A stretch of 64,000 nt of DNA from Minisyncoccia bacterium (lineage in GTDB: Bacteria > Patescibacteriota > Minisyncoccia > Phycocordibacterales > UBA918), in contig JBGSJJ010000015.1 of the NCBI GenBank assembly GCA_041742075.1, forward strand, positions 65,132 through 129,131. Direction: 5' to 3'. This document shows, in pieces, positions 18,136 to 27,794 of the stretch. The position numbers and the translations under genes were made by a program. Under the pieces are notes generated by a model. It was not told where the DNA came from, did not search any database, and was given only the letters and a program-made list of their open reading frames with translations. Within the stretch, counting starts at the first letter, position 1; every line of letters begins with the position of its first letter.

Positions 18136-19167
18136 TTAAAGACACGTCACTTCACGTTCGAGTACGATGCCGGTCGCTTCAAAAGTTCGCTCGGCAAGCG
18201 TATTTGAAAACGCGAGGACCTCTTTTGCAGTCGCACCTTCATACGCTACCAACACCAGTGCTTGCCCCTCAAACGTACCAACAGAGCCAATTCTTTCACC
18301 CTTTGCGTTTAGTATCTTGTCAAAAATATAGCCAACGGGAACTTTTATTTGTGTGGCCGAAAGCGGATACATCGGTAGTTCAGGATACTTTCTCTCCAGC
18401 ATAAGCGCTTCGGTACTTGAAATAATTGCGTTCTTAAAAAACGAACCAGCCGTACCTACCACGGTCCAGTCAGGAAACTTCTTTGAACGTATTTCAATTA
18501 CGGCTTCACGAATCGCGAGCAGACTTGGCTCTTTGGTATCTTTAAAATATTCTTCTAAATCTTTGTACGTTAGTTTCCTCTCTGGAATTTTTGATAGTTC
18601 AAAAGTTACTTCGGTCACAATATATCTTCCAGGCTCTTGTTTAAAAACTGAATCACGGTAACCGAAATTACATTCCTCCACTACTAAGAGTCGGTAACAC
18701 TCTTCTAGCGTATCAAAAACCCGTACCTGGGAAATGAGGCTTTGTATTTCGACCCCATATGCACCAACGTTTTGCACCGGGGTCGCTCCCACACTTCCAG
18801 GTATATGCGATAAATTCTCAAGTCCCCACCACCCTTCCTCAACACATCTTTTGATAAACTCATCAAACACTTCGCCAGCACCGACCACTACCTTAATAAC
18901 CTCCTCTGTTGTACCTACTACCTCTACCCCTTTGATAGCTATGTGGATGAGTAAACCACCAACACCCTCGTCAGAGACGAGGGTGTTTGAGCCCCCACCG
19001 AGGATTCGTATCGGTAGGTTGTTTTTTTTCGCATAGGTACGAGCACTCGTGAGTTCAGCTTCCGTTGTAACCCGCACGTAGTGTTCTGCCTTTCCTCCCA
19101 CCTTGAGCGTAGTAAGAGGAGCTAAGGGGACGTTCTGTTCGATCGTAATGTGCATTATGGAGTACAC
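18136..19167 (-). CDS. murB: UDP-N-acetylenolpyruvoylglucosamine reductase MurB
   Basis: ...LAPLTTLKVGGKAEHYVRVTTEAELTSARTYAKKNNLPIRILGGGSNTLVSDEGVGGLLIHI... is the FAD-binding MurB signature. C-terminal domain present. Confidence 0.88.
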   Translation of the reverse strand: MYSIMHITIEQNVPLAPLTTLKVGGKAEHYVRVTTEAELTSARTYAKKNNLPIRILGGGSNTLVSDEGVGGLLIHIAIKGVEVVGTTEEVIKVVVGAGEVFDEFIKRCVEEGWWGLENLSHIPGSVGATPVQNVGAYGVEIQSLISQVRVFDTLEECYRLLVVEECNFGYRDSVFKQEPGRYIVTEVTFELSKIPERKLTYKDLEEYFKDTKEPSLLAIREAVIEIRSKKFPDWTVVGTAGSFFKNAIISSTEALMLERKYPELPMYPLSATQIKVPVGYIFDKILNAKGERIGSVGTFEGQALVLVAYEGATAKEVLAFSNTLAERTFEATGIVLEREVTCL

Positions 19168-21341
19168 GGCGTGTCAGGCGCCTTACCAGTTTCAATGTTC
19201 GAGATAATACACTTCGCGTTTGGTGCAAGTCCTGGTGCAGCGATACTACCTTCTTTGAGTACTTCGATAGCGCGATCATTATTCTTAAGTTCATAGTAGA
19301 TGAACGCAAGACTTGCCCAATTTTGTGCGTCTGCTGGCAGAGCCTTCACGCGCAACTCATACAATTCAGCCAACCAACCTAAGTCACCTTTTTGCTGAAC
19401 GGTACCGACAGCAAAGTCATTCTGAGCAAAAGCTAATCGTTCTTCTTCAGTCGTGAGCAGGGCTTTTGCCTTCGGTACATCTTCGAGATTGGCTACCATC
19501 GCCGCATACAACACTCTCGCCTGTACATACCCCGGCACTCGGTCATGCGCTTCTTTGAAGAACGCGAGCGCGCCAGCCGGGTTGTTCATTTGAAGTTCAA
19601 CCACTCCTTGCTCAATCATCATGGCAGGCTTATCAGGTGAAAGCCCTCGCGCGATTGCGGCCTGCTCCTTGGCTTGCGGAAGCGCACCAATGTTTCGGTA
19701 GTAGTTCGAGAGGAAGATATGAAGCCGAGCATCGCCTGGTTTTTCGTCAATCATGCGCAACAACTCCAGTTCGGCTCGCATCACAAACGGATCTTTTTCT
19801 TCGGCTGGCACGCTGGGGTCACGCGCTATGTTCATGGCCATCTGGGCCAACTGCTCGACTATTTCTTGATCTCCAAAGCCTTTACGTCCAATCGCTCGAT
19901 CAAACGCTTCGAGACGTTCAATCACCGTTGGAGCGCGGAGTGCTTCAATAATGTCTCCCGCGGCCAGGTAGGAAGGGATGTTTACAAAATACACACCGGC
20001 TACACAGAGTACCAGCACCACCGGTGTTGCGACCTGCAGTACCAGAGTTTGGCTAACTTTAAACTTCTCTACCTTAGGGAGGGTTCGCGCGACCCGTGCA
20101 TGGACTAGACCAAGGAGAGTTCCATAAAAGATGTAACTAATAATGTTGTCAAACACCACTACGTTGTGCAAAAGGTAACCTGTCAGAAGCCCGAGAATAA
20201 TTGCTCGTTCAAGTACATTGAAGTCAGTGTCGACTTCCTTTCGGCGGAGCGGTATCCAAAACAGGTAATACAGAATTGCTCCCATAATACTAAAGTAGGA
20301 TAGGAAGCCCACGACTCCGCCAGCAATCAGCCAGTCAAGGAAAATATTGTGTGTTCTATCGAACCACTGCTCTTGGTTGTAGAGTTCAGCTTTGTAGTTT
20401 TGGTTAAACACAAAGTTAAAGTTGCCGTGTCCCCAACCGAGCACCGGTCGCTCTTTGACGCCATCAAGCGCCATCCCCCAGATAGTTCCGCGCACCACGA
20501 GGTCTGACTTAAGGTCTATGTTTGCAATACGAGCGAGTGAACCGTTACTTTGGATAAAATCTGCTTCCCGAACTGAGTAGAGTGTCCCAGCTAAAACCAC
20601 CAGCGCAATAATCCCGCCAATTGCGAGCTTTCGAAACTGTGGAAAGCGAGCCCCGAAAATCGCAACATACGCCACACTGACGACTGCTCCACCAGCCAGA
20701 CCCAAGAACGTACCGCGGGTACCAGTCTGGAGTAGTGTGGCCAAAAAGAGTAGCGAAATCAATATGTACGCCCCGCGGTACCACCAGTCTTTTGCTCGAA
20801 CATAGAGTAAAGCGGTGAAGAAGATATGGAAAAGCATGTATACCGCCATGTACGCTGAGTTACCAAGCGTACTGTCAATACGGGCAATACCGCTATTTTG
20901 CATCTGTATATATCCCTTTACGGCGACAAAGGCTGCCACCGCAATAGTAGTATGAAGAAAGATAGACCAGGTCCGAGCGGTAAACGCCATACTCCCGAGC
21001 ACCACAAAGTACATCCACAAGTGAATAATAGTGACAATACCATCCATTCGCTCGTAGTTACTCCAGAAACTAGTGGCTGGACTCTTCCCGAGAACAGCTG
21101 ACAGTGAAATCAAGGCGATAAAAACGGTAAAGGTTACCAGTATCCAAGAAAATTTTGGCCGGTAGCGGGCATCGATGAGAGCAAGGAGAATCCAAGCCGA
21201 AAACACAATCTCAACTATGATGCGGAAAAAGAAGTTTTTTCCGGTTATAAATGGAAAAAAGAGACTATCGGTAACTAAAAGTGGTAAAAAAAGTACGAGG
21301 AACAAACCACCGTACACAAGGCCTTGTAACATATCTTTCAT
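19155..21341 (-). CDS. Polytopic membrane protein with a Wzy_C (O-antigen ligase / PglL-like) domain fused to C-terminal TPR repeats. Likely start is the Met at 21341; the track extends to 21434.
   Basis: About 12 TM helices in the N-terminal 430 aa (…GTRGTFLGLAGGAVVSVAYVAIFG… region typical of Wzy_C) followed by a soluble TPR-like region (LAFIYYELKNNDRAIEVLKEG...). Overlaps murB by 13 nt. Confidence 0.7.
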   Translation of the reverse strand: MKDMLQGLVYGGLFLVLFLPLLVTDSLFFPFITGKNFFFRIIVEIVFSAWILLALIDARYRPKFSWILVTFTVFIALISLSAVLGKSPATSFWSNYERMDGIVTIIHLWMYFVVLGSMAFTARTWSIFLHTTIAVAAFVAVKGYIQMQNSGIARIDSTLGNSAYMAVYMLFHIFFTALLYVRAKDWWYRGAYILISLLFLATLLQTGTRGTFLGLAGGAVVSVAYVAIFGARFPQFRKLAIGGIIALVVLAGTLYSVREADFIQSNGSLARIANIDLKSDLVVRGTIWGMALDGVKERPVLGWGHGNFNFVFNQNYKAELYNQEQWFDRTHNIFLDWLIAGGVVGFLSYFSIMGAILYYLFWIPLRRKEVDTDFNVLERAIILGLLTGYLLHNVVVFDNIISYIFYGTLLGLVHARVARTLPKVEKFKVSQTLVLQVATPVVLVLCVAGVYFVNIPSYLAAGDIIEALRAPTVIERLEAFDRAIGRKGFGDQEIVEQLAQMAMNIARDPSVPAEEKDPFVMRAELELLRMIDEKPGDARLHIFLSNYYRNIGALPQAKEQAAIARGLSPDKPAMMIEQGVVELQMNNPAGALAFFKEAHDRVPGYVQARVLYAAMVANLEDVPKAKALLTTEEERLAFAQNDFAVGTVQQKGDLGWLAELYELRVKALPADAQNWASLAFIYYELKNNDRAIEVLKEGSIAAPGLAPNAKCIISNIETGKAPDTPCTP

Positions 21342-21482
21342 AATGCTGAAAACTATACCATACCGAACGGACGCTCGGCGACGTTGACGAGAGGAGTGAA
21401 GAGCGTTGCAATATATAGCGTCTTGAGTCGGCATATGTAGAGTACAAAAACAGGCCCCAAGGTGGGGCCTGTCAAAATGTAC

Positions 21483-22034
21483 TTATCTATAATTACGGAG
21501 GTATACGATCTTTGCGCCTGGCCGATACCGACGATGCCAAGTATGCGTGCCAAACTGGCGAGCAAACTGCCTTTCTTGAAGCAAACTCTTAACCGGCGCG
21601 TCCACGTCACCCGAGAACTCTACTGTGAACAAAGCCTCACCTGTATGAGCTGACAACCCAGACTCAATTTGAATCAACATACTAGTCACAATCAAACCTA
21701 CAACCAAAGACGAACGTTCATTATGACTCGGCAGGATGCAGGTAGTTTGACGTACGTTCCAAAGATAGTGGCCATTTTTGAAACACAGGCACGCGAGTGC
21801 CACTATGTGCTCTGTCTCAGCACACTTCTGTTCAACCAGAAAACAACTGTGCCTGTCTTCAAGCTGATTGCAATTCTCAATCCGCCTGAGCAAATCAGGT
21901 CCAGCGTGTTGCCGAACCTGCCCAACAAACGCTAACCACCGTTCCATCAGGTGATGGTTGGACTCAAGTGCAGACTCCATGTAGTCGCTACTGAATGTCC
22001 ACACACTCATGTCGTCGTTTTCTAAAACCGTCAT
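21483..22034 (-). CDS. Hypothetical protein (183 aa, Cys/His-containing), no recognisable family
   Basis: ORF with GGAG about 12 nt upstream of ATG. Directly downstream (74 nt) of the hypothetical 22109..22621 on the same strand. Confidence 0.4.
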   Translation of the reverse strand: MTVLENDDMSVWTFSSDYMESALESNHHLMERWLAFVGQVRQHAGPDLLRRIENCNQLEDRHSCFLVEQKCAETEHIVALACLCFKNGHYLWNVRQTTCILPSHNERSSLVVGLIVTSMLIQIESGLSAHTGEALFTVEFSGDVDAPVKSLLQERQFARQFGTHTWHRRYRPGAKIVYLRNYR

Positions 22035-22108
22035 GCTTGGTGCTCCACTTTAGGTAGACATTGGTCACAGTTGGGCACGAGCTTCGCTCGCGCCCAACTC
22101 AGCTCACC

Positions 22109-22621
22109 TCAAAACAGACGTGTCACATTCCCCTCAAATGGCCAGGTAGGTCTTTTTGTGACAAGGTCGAGTTCCCACTTGGTAAGTTGTCGACCAAACA
22201 AATCTCTGAAGTCGCCAATAATCGGAGTAAAGGCAAACTCATCACTTGGTACAATCATGCTCGCTTCTGGCACCGCTGTGACAAACAGTTTCTTAAGGTG
22301 GAAATCCTCGGCCATGCGCTTTAAGGAACGAAGCAATATTTGTAGCTCACATGCGACCACAGAATCCTGACGCATCAGGTCAACCATGAGTCTGACCGTA
22401 AGTGCACTATCGATTAGGTGTACTATACCTACGATTACGACATGTCCCGACCTTGGATTAAAGACGAGCCAGGTGTTTTCAGGGTCAAGTAACGGACGCT
22501 GACTCGACACTTGTAGCCGGAGTAGGAACGCTTCGTAGGCACAGAGCGCATTTGGGTTGTCACGCTTCACGTCTTTCAAGTTCAACACGACTGGAAGTTG
22601 GTTAGTTGATACTAGTTTCAT
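22109..22621 (-). CDS. Hypothetical protein (170 aa), no recognisable family
   Basis: ORF with GGGAAG-like SD. First gene of a two-gene unknown module. Confidence 0.4.
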   Translation of the reverse strand: MKLVSTNQLPVVLNLKDVKRDNPNALCAYEAFLLRLQVSSQRPLLDPENTWLVFNPRSGHVVIVGIVHLIDSALTVRLMVDLMRQDSVVACELQILLRSLKRMAEDFHLKKLFVTAVPEASMIVPSDEFAFTPIIGDFRDLFGRQLTKWELDLVTKRPTWPFEGNVTRLF

Positions 22622-22720
22622 TGTTAAAGAACTTCCCTAGTTGGGGCGAAAGCGCCACCTTTCCAGTTGGAATTAGAGCACAAAAAAAACCTTTCCTCAA
22701 GCCTATGACCCTATGCTTTT

Positions 22721-23446
22721 TTAGTGAAGGTGGATTTTTTTGGCGCGCTCAGAGTGGAACTCTTCAGCGGTCTCAGATATCTTTTCGATATCTTCCTCTT
22801 CTGATTCCCCTATCTGGACCTCCAAGATGTCGAGGTCGGTGTTTAGTGGAGCAGTGGGTGCGTGCCATACACCAGGTAGGTTAATGTGCACTTCCCCATT
22901 TGGCATAAAGAAGAACTCACTCCGCTTATTGTGGCGCTGAAGAGAAAGTGTCTTCCCCGCTTCGATATGGAGCATTTTTACCTTAAGCTTCGGGAGATCA
23001 AGGACGACGTCATAAAAACCCCAGCGGGTTGGTACTCTCTGGCGTCCGTTAATAGCTGAACTCGAACTATACTTTCCGCCCCCCACCTCGAACACTGGTT
23101 CAATACCAAGCTCCGCGCAGACATCAAGCTCAGGTGTGTTGTCTTTCTTGCGGTCGCCTCCGTTTCCAAAGTAATCAGGCTTAATCCGCCGCAAAGCCTC
23201 ACAGACAGTGCCATCACTATCGTCTACCTCATAGACATACGGCGTATAGGCTTCGAGGATTTTTTTTCGGTCGGTAAATGGTTGGAAAAAGAAACCTTTC
23301 TTTCTAATGAGCCAGTCGTCACTGTTTACCACAATATGTACGTCACCGTACTTCTGCGCATCTTCAATCATGGCAATGTGTCCAGGATGAATCGGGTCAA
23401 AACCGCCTGAAATAACGATGGACTTCTTTTTTGGTTCGGTACTCAT
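22721..23446 (-). CDS. Bidomain protein: cytidylyltransferase-like nucleotidyltransferase (HxGH motif) plus C-terminal cupin. Start is probably the Met at 23446.
   Basis: SIVISGGFDPIHPGHIAMIED is the (T/H)xGH motif of the RfaE-domain-II/glycerol-3-P cytidylyltransferase class. C-terminal KTLSLQRHNKRSEFFFMPNGEVHINLPG is cupin-like. Confidence 0.6.
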   Translation of the reverse strand: MSTEPKKKSIVISGGFDPIHPGHIAMIEDAQKYGDVHIVVNSDDWLIRKKGFFFQPFTDRKKILEAYTPYVYEVDDSDGTVCEALRRIKPDYFGNGGDRKKDNTPELDVCAELGIEPVFEVGGGKYSSSSAINGRQRVPTRWGFYDVVLDLPKLKVKMLHIEAGKTLSLQRHNKRSEFFFMPNGEVHINLPGVWHAPTAPLNTDLDILEVQIGESEEEDIEKISETAEEFHSERAKKIHLH

Positions 23447-23571
23447 ATATATGTATAGTGAATTAACTAATAGCGACAAAGGTATTACTGATTGTAACCT
23501 CCCGACCTCATTCTGGGTTACAACTAAGGTCAATATAAGCGACCGCTGGAATTAATAAGTAACTGTGATAG

Positions 23572-24675
<1,104 letters not shown>

Positions 24676-24762
24676 CAACTACCTAGGTAATACTGCAGTA
24701 ATGACAAAGACAGCCCGGCAACGAAGTTGCCGGGCTGTCTTTGTCACAAGCTTAGTTTAAGA

Positions 24763-25020
24763 CTACTCATACAGTTCGCTATGAGACCCTATCTCAAGAA
24801 AAATGACGGACTGATTATCATAGATAAAAATCGCACGATAGTCAGCACTAACGTTTAAACTGAGGCAGGGGTACCTAACTCCTTGAAGCGTATGAATATG
24901 GAGTAAAGGATGGTTTGGATACTCAAGAAAAATTGCCAACCGGTCTGTAAATTGCTTTTGCACTTTTTTTGGTAGCTTCTTATACTGCTTTTTAAAGTGC
25001 CGATGAAACGAAACTTCCAT
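24763..25020 (-). CDS. Type II toxin, RelE/ParE (YoeB-like) family
   Basis: 85 aa. FKKQYKKLPKKVQKQFTDRL...LHIHTLQGVRYPCLSLNVSADYRAIF matches the RelE/ParE fold pattern. Stop lies 4 nt after the upstream antitoxin gene. Confidence 0.7.
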   Translation of the reverse strand: MEVSFHRHFKKQYKKLPKKVQKQFTDRLAIFLEYPNHPLLHIHTLQGVRYPCLSLNVSADYRAIFIYDNQSVIFLEIGSHSELYE

Positions 25021-25023
25021 GAA

Positions 25024-25296
25024 TTATTTTGCGAGCCAAGCCTCAGCTTGAGCTTTTGAAGAAAAACCTTTTGAGACATGCTTTCCTGCTCGCGCTTCGG
25101 CGATATGCTTTTCGAGCTTTGCCAACACAGCCGGTTTGAGTTGTGGCTCACGCGCCAAGGTAAAGGCACCTGAACGCACAAACTCATGTAAGTAGGCATT
25201 GACCACAGTTGAGAGTGGTACTCCTAAGTATTCAGCGAGCGCTTGCGCTTGCTCCTTAACTAGCTTATCGGTCTTTATGTTTAAGACAGTTTTCAT
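25024..25296 (-). CDS. Type II antitoxin, RelB/DinJ family
   Basis: 90 aa. MKTVLNIKTDKLVKEQAQALAEYLGVPLSTVVNAYLHEFV is a RHH/DinJ-like N-terminus. Immediately upstream of the RelE-like gene. Confidence 0.62.
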   Translation of the reverse strand: MKTVLNIKTDKLVKEQAQALAEYLGVPLSTVVNAYLHEFVRSGAFTLAREPQLKPAVLAKLEKHIAEARAGKHVSKGFSSKAQAEAWLAK

Positions 25297-25357
25297 AATC
25301 TAACCATTGTATACACAACGGTTATTTTGTCAATCATGTAATGTATATAAAATTCAA

Positions 25358-25380
25358 CCCCATCCGCGTAGCGGATGGGG
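25358..25380 (-). terminator. Terminator hairpin downstream of the HD-like gene. Member of a repeated hairpin family (see 26221..26247).
   Basis: ccccatccgc gta gcggatgggg. Minus-strand reading is followed by TTGAATTTTAT. Confidence 0.5.
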
Positions 25381-25430
25381 TCTTGGTTTGAGTGGAAGCG
25401 TTTTGTTTCCTTGGCTTCGGCTAGAAAAAT

Positions 25431-26195
25431 TTAATTGTACATCTCATAATACTCGCCGAGAGCTTGCTTGATATCGTCCTCAGACTCGTTTAGAACATTG
25501 TGTCGACGAGCAATCTCGGCTCCAAAAGCTCGCACGAAGGATAGATATGCTCGCATGTCCTTCTCATCGATAAGGCCACGAGCAGTATCCGAAGGCAACA
25601 TACCTACCCACTCAATCATTCGAAACAGGTTCTGGTAGACGGTCTTCATCTGCCCTTCAACCGTCGTACCGTAGCCAAACGGATTAGCCGGGTCGTACAG
25701 AGGCATCGAGGCACTATGTGCTACACCAGAGACGATTCCGAGCGGACCGAGGCGGTCAAGCTTGTCGGCAATACGCAGTGCGGTAAGCAGAGGTGTATCG
25801 TTCGGCTCATCGTCTTTCTTGCTGTGCTGAAGAACCGCATCAATGATTCTCGCCCGCGCCATATAGTCAAACCGGCTTTCTTTAAGCAGATACTCGAGCA
25901 AATGGTTAAGGGGTATGAGTTTTTCAACCCCTCTCACCATACTCAAACGGTCGAGATTGTGGAGCCAGACCGCCGCCTGGTATTCACCCTGATCAAACGA
26001 AAGCTGAGTCGCTCGCCTGATACGCTCTCCAAGCGCGACCATACGATGCACATGCTCCACATCGTGCCCACCAGGAGCGTTCGGCATCGTATAGAGTGGC
26101 CCGAGTTTAGCTTCAAGCTCTTTAAGAAAACCACGCACTTTTTTCTCCTCATAGAGCACGACCACCGCGCTTTTCCAAGTACTCTTATACAACAT
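25431..26195 (-). CDS. Hypothetical protein, possibly an HD-superfamily-like hydrolase (weak)
   Basis: 254 aa. H..H (HDVEHVHRM), LHNLD and ADKLDRLG spacing loosely resembles HD motifs. Not conclusive. Confidence 0.4.
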   Translation of the reverse strand: MLYKSTWKSAVVVLYEEKKVRGFLKELEAKLGPLYTMPNAPGGHDVEHVHRMVALGERIRRATQLSFDQGEYQAAVWLHNLDRLSMVRGVEKLIPLNHLLEYLLKESRFDYMARARIIDAVLQHSKKDDEPNDTPLLTALRIADKLDRLGPLGIVSGVAHSASMPLYDPANPFGYGTTVEGQMKTVYQNLFRMIEWVGMLPSDTARGLIDEKDMRAYLSFVRAFGAEIARRHNVLNESEDDIKQALGEYYEMYN

Positions 26196-26220
26196 TATAC
26201 ATAAAAATCAACCCCACCCG

Positions 26221-26247
26221 CGAAACTTGCGGATGGGGTCTTGATGT
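26221..26247 (-). terminator. Terminator hairpin downstream of the Dabb-like gene. Near-identical to the 25358..25380 hairpin.
   Basis: ccccacccgc gaaactt gcggatgggg. Minus-strand reading is followed by TTGATTTTTAT. Shares the flanking caacccca...ggggtcttg with the other copy. Confidence 0.5.
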
Positions 26248-26272
26248 GTTCGCTTGAAGCGGACGGGGCGCG

Positions 26273-26752
26273 TCAGCGGATTTTAATTCTTAGACTTTGA
26301 CTTGGTGAATAGACCCCTTTATCGCCTTCCTCAAGCGAAAGTTCGGTGTTTCGGGTGTAGGCCTCCAGATAAGAGCCTTCACCGAGCGGGTTAATGGCTA
26401 CATCGGAGACCACCCAATGTTCGGCCAACCCGGCAATTTTCTGGCCGAAGGCGACGTGGTCGGGATGGGCGTGGAAGTTGATGAAGGCTTCTGGGCCTGC
26501 AAACAGCCCCACCTCGACCCAGCCATACCCCTTACGCTGGTCGATGTTCGGCCGGACAGAGAAAGACTTGATGCCCGCCTTAGCTCCTCCGCACAGCTTG
26601 TGGAGCGCGGCGCACTCTGCCATCACTGCTATCTGCTCCTCCTCGGTGACATCCGCTTTGAACTTGAACGTCACAATGTGAAGCAGGTCGGCATCACTCG
26701 GGACACCATCTCGGATAAAAGTGTAAAGTGGGTTTTCAGTTACTTGCGTCAC
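26273..26752 (-). CDS. Stress-responsive alpha/beta-barrel (Dabb)-like protein (weak)
   Basis: LHIVTFKFKADVTEEEQIAVMAECAALHKL is reminiscent of the Dabb domain. 159 aa. Confidence 0.4.
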   Translation of the reverse strand: MTQVTENPLYTFIRDGVPSDADLLHIVTFKFKADVTEEEQIAVMAECAALHKLCGGAKAGIKSFSVRPNIDQRKGYGWVEVGLFAGPEAFINFHAHPDHVAFGQKIAGLAEHWVVSDVAINPLGEGSYLEAYTRNTELSLEEGDKGVYSPSQSLRIKIR

Positions 26753-26862
26753 GGCGTTTCTCCTTTGGCTGACGTACCGGTACTTTCCACATTACAGCAC
26801 AACCTAAGCCAAAAAGCCATACCTGTCACCAAATGCCGACAGATAGTGTTATAATCGTCATC

Positions 26863-27792
26863 ATGGAAAAAACCGCTAAAATCTATGTCGCTGGCCATAG
26901 AGGTCTCGTTGGCTCAGCGCTTATTCGCTCACTTCAAAAGAACGGCTACACCAACCTCATTACCAAAACTCGAGCTGAACTCGATTTGCTCGACGCACAA
27001 GCGGTGGCCAACTTCTTCGCTACCGAAAAACCGGAGTATGTTTTTCTGGCCGCCGCTAAGGTTGGTGGCATAATGGCCAACAAAACCTACCCCGCTGACT
27101 TTATCTTTGAAAACCTCAGTATTCAAAACAACGTCATCCATAGTGCGTATGTATCGGGTGTTAAAAAGTTACTCTTTCTCGGCAGTTCTTGTATCTATCC
27201 AAAACTAGCCCCGCAACCGATTAAAGAAGAGTACTTACTTACTGGTCCACTAGAACCAAGCAACGACGCGTATGCCATAGCAAAAATTGCGGGCATTATG
27301 ATGTGTCAAAGCTACAAGCGCCAATACGGTAGCAACTTCATCAGCGTGATGCCCACCAACCTCTACGGAGAAAATGATAACTTTGACTTAGAAACGAGTC
27401 ACGTCCTCCCCGCTCTCATTCGTCGCTTCCATGAAGCCAAGGAAAATAGTGTGCCGAGTGTTACCCTCTGGGGTTCGGGCACCCCGATGCGTGAGTTTAT
27501 CCATGTAGACGATATGGCTCTAGCTTGCCTCCATCTAATGGAAACCTATAACGAAAGTGAGATTGTGAATATCGGCACAGGCGAAGACGTCACTATCAAG
27601 GAACTAGCCGAGACCGTGGCAAAGGTAGTCGGTTACCAAGGAGAGCTCTTGTGGGATACGAGCAAGCCTGACGGCACTCCTCGCAAGCTTCTTGATGTAT
27701 CCAAACTACACGGACTTGGCTTCAAGCATACGATTCAGCTTGAAGACGGCATCCGTGATACATATGAATACTACAAAAAAGTTACTGTTTGA
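26863..27792 (+). CDS. fcl: GDP-L-fucose synthase (GDP-4-keto-6-deoxymannose 3,5-epimerase/4-reductase). ATG at 26863; the track's 26833 start is an upstream in-frame extension.
   Basis: [33 protein letters not shown]...[19 protein letters not shown]...YAIAKIAG is canonical Fcl/WcaG. Confidence 0.92.
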   Translation: MEKTAKIYVAGHRGLVGSALIRSLQKNGYTNLITKTRAELDLLDAQAVANFFATEKPEYVFLAAAKVGGIMANKTYPADFIFENLSIQNNVIHSAYVSGVKKLLFLGSSCIYPKLAPQPIKEEYLLTGPLEPSNDAYAIAKIAGIMMCQSYKRQYGSNFISVMPTNLYGENDNFDLETSHVLPALIRRFHEAKENSVPSVTLWGSGTPMREFIHVDDMALACLHLMETYNESEIVNIGTGEDVTIKELAETVAKVVGYQGELLWDTSKPDGTPRKLLDVSKLHGLGFKHTIQLEDGIRDTYEYYKKVTV

Positions 27793-27794
27793 GT

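Noticed and set aside
21435-21482. N-terminal 31-codon extension of the Wzy_C-TPR ORF, and similar extensions on rfbG (41350-41412), secA, fcl (26833-26862), 22721 gene and 54372 gene
   Set aside because: Extensions lack homology support, are not hydrophobic or signal-like where expected, and internal Met codons give canonical N-termini (MKDMLQGL…, MKDFYRGKRV…, MSFLD…, MEKTAKIYV…).
25431-26195. Calling the 254-aa protein a Cas3-type or defence HD nuclease
   Set aside because: Only loose H…H / HN…D spacing. No helicase partner and no cas genes. Kept as weak HD-like hypothetical.
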